Assembly (NCBI GenBank): GCA_023920165.1
Contig: CP089275.1
Location: forward strand, 4,464,001 to 4,528,000
DNA from: Curvularia clavata
Lineage: Eukaryota
DNA length: 64,000 nt
Direction: 5' to 3'
The notes beneath the pieces are model-generated. The model ran no database searches and was not told where the DNA came from. It worked only from the letters and a program-made list of their open reading frames with translations. Positions 1-10,149 of the stretch are shown here, one piece after another (position 1 is the stretch's first letter; every line of letters begins with the position of its first letter). The position numbers and the translations under genes were made by a program.

Positions 1-1637
1 ATCCCGCCTTGGATGGCTGCGATACGTTTTTCTTCGTCGACGATGCCTACGAACGTATGTGTCGAAATGATATCAGTGAGTTCATTGTGCATTGCGCTAT
101 GCACCTCAGCACGCAGTTCTTTGACCGATGTGAGTCGAGTTGCTATTGGCACCTTTTCTGTGGGCTCGTCTTCCATCTCCTCATCCTCTTCTTCACTAAT
201 CTCCTCATGTGACTGTTGAGGCTGGAGCATAGTTGTGATTTTGCGAGCTGATTCGTCTGTTCGCACAAGACTAGTTTCGTTTCGTTTCCTGGTCGCTGTT
301 TGGGGTGCATGTGAGGCGCTTCGATTTGATGCCTCGCCTTTACTTGGAGTCACAGGTAAAATCTGTTTCACAGGCGTTGCTAGTGGGACTTTGGGATTTG
401 ACATGAGCGAATGTGTCGGGAAGATCCTGCTTGTGTCGACTTTGCTAAGGGTGTCGCGGATCGAGTCGCATATCATGGCAATGATTTCGTCTTCGTTCAA
501 AAAGTGAACTTCCCGCTTTGTAGGGTGTACATTGACATCGACTCGCTGCGGCTCGATCTCGAGACTTATGTAGAAGAATGGATGCCCCCCTTTTGGCAGG
601 AATGTCGCATACGTCTGCTCAACACTCTTCTTGATCACTGAAGACTCAACCGAGCGGTGATTGATGAACAGCATCATCTGCGTCTTTCTCACACTGTAGT
701 TTGCATTGCTTATCCAGCCGTCGCACTTGAACCCCCAGCGATCGTCTTCAATGTTCAAGGCCACCAACTCATTAGCAGCACCACTACCATGGATCTGTCG
801 TATGCGATCTTGTACAGTAGCAGATACGGGTACTGTCAAGCTGTTGCCAGAACTTTCGTTGACCCTTTTGCAAGAAAAGGCAACCCCTTGGCAATGTACA
901 GCATAACGCCCAACGATGTCAAGTATTTTTGCATACTCCTCACTAGGTGAGCGAAAAGCTCGACGCCGAGAGGGGACGTTATAGAATAAGTCTTCAACCT
1001 AGCATTGTGTGAGTGTCGTTGCCTATGCCCAAGGTCTATCTCAGCATACCGTGATAGTGGTACCTTGCCGTCCTGCCTTGGGCTTTGGTTCTGCACTTTG
1101 GCCTGGTTTTGGACTGACAAGTTTGCCATCGGCGTAGTGAGCCTCCCAAGCACAGCTTGATTCTTTCGTCCTCGTGGTGACTTTTAGATGGGCAATGTGG
1201 CTAATACTCGCCAACGCCTCACCACGGAAACCGTACGTGCCGATAGACGTTAGATCCTCGAAAGCCTTGAGCTTGGAGGTGGTAAAGCGCTCACACAAGA
1301 TCGGCAAATCTTCTTTCTGGGACGGTTAGAATATCGTCTCCCTGTAAGGCGCCAAACATACGTCGATGCCATGGCCGTTATCCGTGATCTGCAGAAGCTT
1401 GAGACCGCCATCTTTCACCAAAATCTCCAGTGCAGTCGACCCTGCATCGACGGCGTTTTCAATCAGCTCTTTTAGTGCATGTTGTGGCGCAACAATGATC
1501 TCCCCAGCAGCAATTTTATTGACGACATCTTGCGAAAGTGCCTTGATTCTGCGCGGCGCAGGGAGGGAGAGGCTATCGTCGCCTTTGCGCTTGGTTCCAC
1601 GCGGTGACGATTCAGAAGTGTCCATGCTGTCCGTCAT
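1..1637 (-). CDS. MLH1: DNA mismatch repair protein MutL homolog Mlh1 (N-terminal part; gene runs off the window's left edge)
   Basis: Exons 1637-1362, 1316-1050, 998-<1 with GTATGT/GTATGC...YAG introns. GHKL motifs [35 protein letters not shown], then VEDLFYNVP and [17 protein letters not shown]. Confidence 0.97.
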
Positions 1638-1738
1638 TATTGCAAACCAGCACGCGCAGAAAGTTGTGTCTCATAAGATAATAACAACGACGCACATAAG
1701 ATGGAGGAGACGGAAGGCGCGACAGATAAGCGCCCCAC

Positions 1739-1947
1739 TTTCGCGCGCTCACGTGCCAGTTTACCTCTCCATTAGGCATCCCTCTGCTCGCCAGCGGTTC
1801 AATACTTGTTTTTGATCTTCTATCGCGCAAAGATAAGCGATGACTGGTAGTGAAACAATCGCATCGGAACCTGCTTGTGAACCTCTCCAGAAATTTAACA
1901 CTGGCCTTTCGTCGCCACAGCTAGGGCACGCTCAGCCGAGCACGCGT
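1739..1947. promoter_or_regulatory. MLH1 promoter: SCB-like CGCGAAA (1739-1745, minus), E-box TCACGTG (1749-1755), MCB ACGCGT (1942-1947)
   Basis: Exact motif matches in the 407-bp divergent intergenic region upstream of MLH1. Confidence 0.5.
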
Positions 1948-2044
1948 ACCTCAAGCACTTCGATAGAGATAACCCATCATTCTTAGGAGTCATTCGGAAT
2001 TTAATATCGTCAGTTTCTCAACATACTCACTCATTCTGGTTTGA

Positions 2045-3190
2045 ATGATGGCGCCTCCTCGATACACCCGCCCCACAACCTCGTCCTTATCTAAAGCCAG
2101 CCCAAGGTCATTGAAAATAGCCAAGGATGCAGATGTTAAAGGACCGGCTCCCTCGCCTGGTTCCAAGACACATGTAGAGTCAGAAACAAGAAACAAGAAT
2201 ATCCCATGTCCGAATCAAACAACACCTACTCGACCAAGCAAACCCGCTCCAGCCGTTCCAGAAAAGAATAAAGGCCTCAAGCGTCCCTCCATGCTTACAT
2301 CACGTCAAAAAGACAGTCTCGCTTACAAACGCGACCTCTACCATATCACCCCACGAGACCCTTCCAAACCTTGCCTCCTTGCCACTCTCCCCTCAGAACT
2401 CCGGACCCAAATCTACCACTACGTCCTGCCCCCCTTCCGCTACATCTCATCCAACTGGACTGTCTTCGCCCCACGCAAGCAACATGTGCCACCCGCCCTC
2501 CTGCAAGTCAGCCGTGCGGTTAGAATCGAAGCTGCATACACGTACTATACAGGTACTATCTTCCACTTCAGCGTGCGCAACCTCGACTTCTCGCCCGTAA
2601 TAAGCTGGCTCGAGCACCTTGCGCCACCGCACCGCGCGCTGCTGTTCCGCCGCCGACGAAGCAGTCACGGCTTGGAAATCAACATGCTTCCCAGCATCAG
2701 GAATACGTATACGTATTCACCTAGTGGCTGGCTTCTTGATGACCTCCTAGAGAATCACTGGCACGCATGTCAGCCTTTTGGCAATATCTACACTGTCCAC
2801 GGCGACTTGCACAAGGTACATTTTGTGCTTTTCTGCAGGCTGGCTGAGTGGTGGCGGTGGTGGGGTAGTTACTCGCATAGGATGAATAGCGAGTGTAAGT
2901 ATGTGTTTGGGCCGTTGTTGCTTCTGAATCCCTTGGGTATCCCAGATTTGCGGAATGAGGCGGTGTTGAGGGCGTTCTTGAGCCAGAGTGGCATGGTGGT
3001 TGCCATGCCATGCGTGGATAAGGCGTGGAAGAGAAATAGGGATAGGAACACGGTGAGGGTAATGAGGGCCGAGGGGTTGAGGTTCTTAGATGCGTTGGAT
3101 GAGTGCTATAAGAGCAATCGGGGGGAAGGGGGGAGTGAAGAGTGGGATGCGGCGATTGCACAGGCGAAGAAGGGGATGGAGAAGTGGTAG
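2045..3190 (+). CDS. Hypothetical protein (381 aa) with an F-box-like motif
   Basis: Intact single-exon ORF. LLATLPSELRTQIYHYVL and PPALLQVSRAVRIEA resemble the F-box-like/2EXR-like motifs common in filamentous ascomycete hypotheticals. Confidence 0.75.
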   Translation: MMAPPRYTRPTTSSLSKASPRSLKIAKDADVKGPAPSPGSKTHVESETRNKNIPCPNQTTPTRPSKPAPAVPEKNKGLKRPSMLTSRQKDSLAYKRDLYHITPRDPSKPCLLATLPSELRTQIYHYVLPPFRYISSNWTVFAPRKQHVPPALLQVSRAVRIEAAYTYYTGTIFHFSVRNLDFSPVISWLEHLAPPHRALLFRRRRSSHGLEINMLPSIRNTYTYSPSGWLLDDLLENHWHACQPFGNIYTVHGDLHKVHFVLFCRLAEWWRWWGSYSHRMNSECKYVFGPLLLLNPLGIPDLRNEAVLRAFLSQSGMVVAMPCVDKAWKRNRDRNTVRVMRAEGLRFLDALDECYKSNRGEGGSEEWDAAIAQAKKGMEKW

Positions 3191-3481
3191 GCCAAATATC
3201 CTTTCCGTGGCATTTGAAAAGGTTCTCGTTGATCGCTACCTGTGTCACGACGAGCGGATTCCTAATGATGTTTCCGGGAGAAACTTTTGCAAACATTTCT
3301 TCGTAACCAAGTCATGGTACTAGCCACGCTTCAAAGAATTTAGCGCTCGCAGTCCAAACACCCTATAACGCCAATGCCTCCCTGGGATATCACACGCTTC
3401 TGGATTCCAAACAAAATACGCCTCTGTTAGTACTATCAAGGTACTTCTCTTGTTCGTGGCAGTGTCGGAGCATACACGGCC

Positions 3482-4284
3482 TTACCGCCGCTCCTCAAAG
3501 CCATAAATGGTCGCTCCACGCTGTGAGATTCACCGTTAGCACCCATCTTCTGCTCCAGCTTCTATCAAGAAAGACTTACCAATCGAAGCGCATATACGAC
3601 GTCCGTAACTACCACCGTTTTCCTCCCGCTGGAATCAATGATGGCGCAGATATCCTTCAGAACCTAGCAGTGAGAAACGTTAGCTCCATAATAATGCCTC
3701 GGTGTAATAGATAAGGCACATACCATTGTCAGCCGATCCTTCAGCGCTTGGCGAATGTCATGATATACCATGGCAGAAATGCGCTTGACGCCACCACGGC
3801 GCGCTAGTCGCCTGTGTAATACTGGAATTAGCGTCCATAACGTTACTTTTCCTACCCTTCTAACGAATAGGGCGTACCCCTTGCACAACCCCAACTCAAC
3901 TTACCGAATCTCGTTTTTGGAAATGCCCTGGATGCTGTCTCGTTGAACTTTCCTGTGCAATACAATATATGGTTAGTTTTTTAGTGCACCTGAGATTGTA
4001 TACCTTGACGAGACTCACATGTGTCGTTTGGCGCCGCCTTTTGCGAGTCCAAGGCCTCCTCGACCGAAAAGGCCTGCTCCGAGGCCACCTCCCGGGCCCC
4101 GGCTAGGTCCCAGACCAAGTCCAAGTTGTGTGGCCCTAGATGCTGAGCGAGGGCCAATGCCGCCACGTCCCGAGCCTTGTCCAAGTGGTGTCGCTCGTGG
4201 TGCTGAGGGCGAGACAGGAATTGCGGCGCCTCGGCCACGGCCTAAGCTCACCCCGCTATGGTGGTTGGATGATGGGCCTGACAT
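3482..4284 (-). CDS. Divergent histone H4 variant (hH4v-like), ~174 aa, with a long Gly/Arg/Pro-rich N-terminal extension
   Basis: Exons 4284-4019, 3952-3905, 3811-3724, 3663-3580, 3520-3482. All four introns are GT..CTAAY..YAG and the frame is preserved. Spliced product: ...GLAKGGAKRHMKVQRDSIQGISKNEIRRLARRGGVKRISAMVYHDIRQALKDRLTMVLKDICAIIDSSGRKTVVVTDVVYALRLRGATIYGFEERR*. Confidence 0.92.
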
Positions 4285-4363
4285 TATAATGAATGAATAG
4301 TTTAGTTGTAGTCATGTAAAGGTAGAATGCGGGGGGTTTCAGAGTTAACCGTGTTGTACCACC

Positions 4364-4596
4364 ACGCGTCGACGCGACTTGGCTAGGACGCGCGGTCATG
4401 TGAACGACGGATGGCGAACGTCAGACGAAAGTAAGAGAGCGTGCGGGTACCTATCGATAACTGGGCGCGTCTGGCCTGGAACTCAAGGTAAGACAGCATT
4501 CAACTGCAGTAAAGCCCACCAAGTCCTGTTCTACGTTGCTAGACATCAAACGTCACGTGTGCAACTAGAATCCAACACACAAGAAATGCCACGCGT
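4364..4596. promoter_or_regulatory. H4-variant promoter: MCB elements ACGCGT (4364-4369, 4591-4596), ACGCGA (4372-4377), ACGCG (4388-4392) and GTCACGTG (4552-4559)
   Basis: Four ACGCG cores plus a CDEI/Cbf1-type E-box within about 310 bp of the ATG. Confidence 0.55.
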
Positions 4597-4698
4597 AACG
4601 ACGTTATTCATTAAGTAGCCAGGTGCTAGTTAGTCCTGATGTATTAATTACTCGGGTATCAAGGTTAGCTGGGTCGTCGTATCCAAACCTGGAGAGAC

Positions 4699-4722
4699 CC
4701 GCTACGAGATCCGCTACGAGAT
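4699..4722. repeat. Perfect 12-bp tandem duplication (CCGCTACGAGAT x2) spanning the SVF1 stop codon
   Basis: Read directly. On the minus strand it is ATC TCG TAG CGG ATC TCG TAG CGG. Confidence 0.9.
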
Positions 4723-6006
4723 AAAGGTAGCCTCGGTGAAGAGAGTGCCCTCTTCCTCCTTTACCTCGTCGCCCACCTTGACCTTAATGGTCATCTTGGG
4801 TGCATACTGGTAGATGTACGGCTTGGTGCCTGCGGCACTGGCAACAATGGCCTTGACGAAGCCTGGCACTTCGGCCATGACATCAACACGGTCGATCTTC
4901 TCGCCGAGCGCGCCTGCGATATCCGCAGTGACTTCCTTGCCATCCTCAGTCTTTCCGACCCAGTGATAGCTGGCCGCTGAAGGCGCTGGCCAGCCAGTCT
5001 CGTCTTGCTTGGCCTCCGTATGCTTCACGTCACCCTCAGTGTTTGCGAAGAGGAGCTTGCTGTCCGTAGCAATGCCGGCGACTCGGACAACGGTCGATGC
5101 ATACGAGGCGGGGGTGGTGAACTCCATGATGATGCCCGAGTACGAGGGGGACTGGAAGTTGACAAAGTTCCACCGGGCAGCTGGATGGGTCAGCATGGCG
5201 TGTGCAAACATGACGCACAAGACTTACCAGCATGGTGGGGCTTCATTCCCTGGAGAGCATGGCTCAGCATACCGCGGCCTTTGACGTCAATCTGCTCCTC
5301 CTTGGTGATGATGGTGCCCTCGACGCTGCACCGCGGCCAGAAGTGGTGGTGCATGGAGCCCCAGGGTTCCTTGGGGTTGGTGCCGTAGTTGGTGGTGCCG
5401 TCTCGTCCGCCCATGAAGCCAGGAGCAGTCCTAGTGAACTTGACGTTGATCATGCTGGCCTCGTTGACGGCAGCCTTGATGGTGTAGGCGTTGCCATCCT
5501 CGGAGAGCTCAATCGAGACGCCATCGGCAAAGAAGGAGTGTTTCTCCTCATCGAAGCCGTAGTTGGAGACGGGGTCGCTGACCCAGAGGAAAGGCTTCTC
5601 GTTGTTGGGGTAGAAGATCTTGCAGTTGAACTGCACCGTCACACGCAGGCCACTGTGGAATGTAAGCAGGGAAGCATTGGTGATGTACTGACGCCCCCAC
5701 ATACGCAATGTTGTTGTAGATGACCTGCAGGAAGGCAAGGTGGCCGGCATCGGTGAAGAGGTAGAAGGTCTGTGTCTCGACATTGGTGTAGTCGAGCGTG
5801 GCCCACTTGAGATGGGCCTTTGTCAGCTCTGTGTAGGCGGGCTCGTCGCCCTTCTTTCCCACGGGCTGGATGGCATCAGGGCCGTATTCGGGCTCCTGGG
5901 TGCCGGCAACCGCGGCTAGCCTGCATTTGTCAGGATGCGTTCATTGTCGAGTCCAGTCCAGCCGACCGACAGCCCTCACTCACGTAGACTTTGCCCAACT
6001 GAACAT
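4714..6006 (-). CDS. SVF1: Survival factor 1 (Svf1) family protein, ~376 aa
   Basis: Exons 6006-5984, 5920-5705, 5652-5228, 5180-4714. Motifs [64 protein letters not shown]. Confidence 0.93.
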
Positions 6007-6632
6007 GCTGCGGACAGGACGACGCACTATGCAACGAGGCGTGCGTAACTAGAGGCGGCGACCGACTTTGATTGGGGGCGGTCTGGGAAAAAAAATCTCT
6101 GTAAAGGCTTCTTCGACAGGGCCTGGGGCGGAAATTTGGAGGTGACAAGAGCACGGCAGGACGTGCAGGGCGAGACCAACGGCGGGTGGAGCAGGCTGAT
6201 GTGTCGTCTTGGGGGTTGCAGAGGCTACGTCTCTGGCACCAGGAGAGAGTGGAGAGAGTCTGGCGGGTTGCTGGTGCGCGCAGGCGACTGGCTACCAGCG
6301 ACTGGAGCGAGCAGAGATCAGAGGCGGTTGGTGCATGCCCAAAGGGTCGAGGCTTAGCCGCAGCTTCCCGATGTTGTACGGATAGGGCAACCCGCGCCTT
6401 GTGCTACGACCCCTCTGAAGATCACTTCTCGCCGCTTTTCTCTTCACCTCGACACTCCTCCGACGACACGCCCTCCTCGTCCACCACCTTTGCTGCCCCA
6501 ACCATCACCACCGCCGCAACCCCGGCCCCGATCACCCTCGCCTGCGCTGCTTCCGACCTCTCCGCGGTAGTGCCGCCGAATTGGCAGCACCCAGCCCACG
6601 GCTAGCGCGGGGCTCCATCCGATTAGTCGCCC

Positions 6633-6918
6633 ATGACGAACCTCCATGTTCTGTAGTCAGGCACACGAGCAGCCCTCGTCACTCTCCCATTCCACCCTCA
6701 TCCGCACCGGCTGTTCGGCCCATTGCAAGCTCCAGCGCGCCGCTGCCACGGAGCTTCTGGCGAGCGACAAGCGCGACCCCAGCACAACGTCTGTCTCTCG
6801 ACTTGAGTAAGCCCACGCTATCCGTCCTAGGCCTCTGCGCCTTTCGTCATGGCCTAGACTAACCTAGCTGACCTTTTCTGACAGAACTCTGTTCCAATCC
6901 TCCCCACCCCCATCATGA
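6633..6918 (+). promoter_or_regulatory. HRK1 5' leader with two uORFs and a 5' UTR intron (6807-6884)
   Basis: uORF1 6633-6656 (7 aa). uORF2 starts at 6646. Intron GTAAGC...GACTAAC/GCTGAC...CAG. Confidence 0.55.
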
Positions 6919-9308
6919 CGTCCACCCCGCCAGCCCAGTCCGTCCGCTTCAGCGACGTGCACGAAGAAATTGAGCCCGAGCAGGCTGTAAGAGATGTTGC
7001 CGACCTCACTGGCTCCGCGAAGGCGCCGCAGAATGCTCCATTGAGTCCCCAGGCTGAGGAAGAGCTACGCAATCTGTCGACGACCCTCCAGAAATCCCGC
7101 ATGCAGGCAAAACGCATGGAGAACTTCTCCTTCGAGCCCGTCTCACTTCCACCGTCCCGGGTAAGCAAACTCGAGCGCATGCCCTGCCGCCATTAGTGCT
7201 AACACACTCAAGGCCCCTTCGCCAGCTCCAGCCTCGCGAACAGCTTCAGGACATTCCGCACATCGCTCATCCATACCATCTTCGCCAGCCTCCGCCATGC
7301 ACTCTCCACCATTGACCCCGGCAGGAACTTCGTCCCGGGATGAGAAGACTATCGGGCAAGGACACAGGAACCGTGCCAGCGACCCCGCCCTGATGACCCC
7401 GCAGATTTCACCTCCCCATGAACCTCCGCCGACATCCATGGATTCATCCATGCAGAATCAGAATGATAGTCAGCCCTCCCTAGTGGTTCCCGGATCGCCG
7501 AGAACAGCACCGCAATCTCCACGCCCATCCTCAGACTTGCCTGGCATAGTGCAACCCCTCCCAAAACGCAGCCCAGCATTTACCATGGGCCCTGCTGGTG
7601 ATTCCAATCCAAACTCTCGGGACGCTAGTCCGGCCGGATCCGGCGGAGATCGTACGTCAGGCCCGTCATCCCCAGCACCTAGTAGCCGACCATACACGCC
7701 GCAAGGAGAGAGGGAAGACACTTATGCTCGTTCGAAGAGGGCAGCACAGGCGAGAAACTTGGACTCACTCGAAGCTCGCTACATCTACGGTGGCCGTGAT
7801 GGGCGCAGTTCGGCAGCATCATCGGTATATCAACTACCACGCTCCAAAGGTACTGATTCCGACAAGGAAGATAGCAAGCGGTCGAGCATATTCGGCAAGA
7901 AGTCTGTCAAGTCGTACAACTCTGATGTTGAAGATGCCAAATCGCAAACGGGCAAACACCATGGATCAATGTCTGAACTCAAGCGTTTCTTCAAGATTGG
8001 ACACAAGAAGGACAAGGATAAGGAAAAGCGAAAGGAATCTCCCGCGCCATCAGTCAAGAGCCAAAAAATCAAATCGAGCAAGTCGGGCGCCATGACACCG
8101 CCTATCACAAATGGATCGATGAGCGTGCCTTTTGCCGACGACCACGGCCTTCAGAGCAAGTACGGTAAATTTGGCAAAGTTTTGGGATCTGGTGCCGGTG
8201 GCTCGGTTCGACTCATGAAGCGAAGTAGTGATGGCACAACATTTGCCGTGAAGCAGTTCCGTAACCGCCATTCTTACGAGTCTGAAAAGGACTACAACAA
8301 AAAGGTCACTTCCGAATTCTGCATTGGATCGACGCTCCACCACGGAAACATTATCGAAACCATGGACCTGGTTAACGAAAAAGGCAACTACTACGTCGTT
8401 ATGGAATACGCTCCTTTTGATCTTTTCGCAATAGTAATGACGGGAAAGATGAGTCGCGAGGAGGTTGCCTGTGCTACGCTACAAATTCTGAACGGAGTCA
8501 CTTATCTCCATAGCATGGGCTTGGCTCACCGCGATCTGAAGCTCGATAATGTTGTTGTCAACGAGCACGGAATCATGAAGATTATTGATTTTGGCAGTGC
8601 CGCTGTTTTCAAGTACCCGTTTGAGGACGAAATTGTTCTCGCCAGTGGTACGTAACACAGTATGGTACAATGACGGCATTGGCTAACTTGGTTCCAGGTA
8701 TTGTCGGCTCAGATCCATATCTCGCTCCTGAAGTATATGATTTGTCCAAATACGACCCACAACCTACCGACATTTGGTCGCTTGCCATCATGTTCTGCTG
8801 TATGACGTTACGCCGGTTCCCTTGGAAAGCGCCGCGGATATCCGACAATTCGTACAAGCTCTTCGTGTCTCCACCCAACGATGGACCGAGGTCAATCACT
8901 GGGCCGTCGAAATCATCCACCGACCTCGAAAGTACTTCACGTGACGAACGCCGGCAGTCCGGGACCACCTCTGAGCCTGCGTCTCGTCACCAAACGTCGG
9001 ACCATGGCTCGAGTGACCAACGCGGATCAACATCCAACGGCCAGCAGCAGCCGCAGGTCATCAAGGGTCCATGGCGTCTGCTGCGTTTGCTGCCTAGAGA
9101 GAGTAGGCACATCATAGGCAGAATGTTGGAAGTCGATCCCAAGAAGAGGGCCACGCTGGATGAGATTCTCGAAGACAAGTGGGTCATCAACAGCGAGGTG
9201 TGTTCGCAAGAAGAAGGCGGCAGAATAATACGAGCGGAGAACCACGAACACACACTGGAGCCTGGAGCTGGTGGATCTTCTGCACCCAACACACAGCAGA
9301 AGAAGTGA
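6915..9308 (+). CDS. HRK1: NPR/HAL-family Ser/Thr protein kinase, Hrk1/Oca2 type, ~763 aa
   Basis: Exons 6915-7160, 7213-8647, 8698-9308. Motifs [69 protein letters not shown] match yeast Hrk1 as I recall it. Confidence 0.92.
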
Positions 9309-10149
9309 AGCAAGTTGGGTGCAGTGGCTCATTTTCCTTTCGGGCGTATATATACGAGCATGTTTAATACCGGGGTTACTTTGGATGATTAGCAGGCGGA
9401 TGTCTTTTTTTTTCTCTAAATTCTTTGACGAAAGCTTGTTGTTGTTTGCATGACATGAGAGAGATTCCCATGCTGGATTAGAAGAAAAGGGTGGAGTGGT
9501 TCTCGTCGTTTTTTATTCTTCGTCCTTTTTTTCAATTGGGAAATACTTAGAGTGGAATGGCAGTGGTATACACAGATACATATATCAATACTCGATACGA
9601 CGCTGCGCTTGTTGTGTAGATGGCTAGCTAAAAGAAATCTCATCTCTTGGACAGAAAGAGGGCTTAGTAACCAAGAAGGCAATAAAGACTGAACTTGAAG
9701 TGGGTTGAGACTATTTTGTGCATGACATCAGGTGGTGGCGATTGTGCGTAGAGTAGGCGATAAATCAGCAGAGTATACCTCCTACATGTCAGTTTATCCG
9801 CATGAAAGCGTCATGACAAATGGGGACTACTTGTGACTATCACACTGCTTTGCCTGCACGCTGATGACAGATGACGGAGCATTAAAGCCGAGGGTAAAGA
9901 GTTTCAGGCATAACAAGATACACATACATCTCACTCAGATGGAGGTCAAAGCATGTAAGGGGCCGCGGTAGAGTTTATATCCTTTGATGTAGGATGTCTG
10001 CAAGCGCAAGCCTTCCCTGTCAGTCAGGCGAGGAAATTAATTCCCTCATTGATTCCGTTTTTTTGGTTGTTTATTTACTTATTTGCTTCCTACTTGTACA
10101 TGATATTATTTCCCCTTTCCCCATCTTTCCCCAGAAAGGGGGTGATAAA

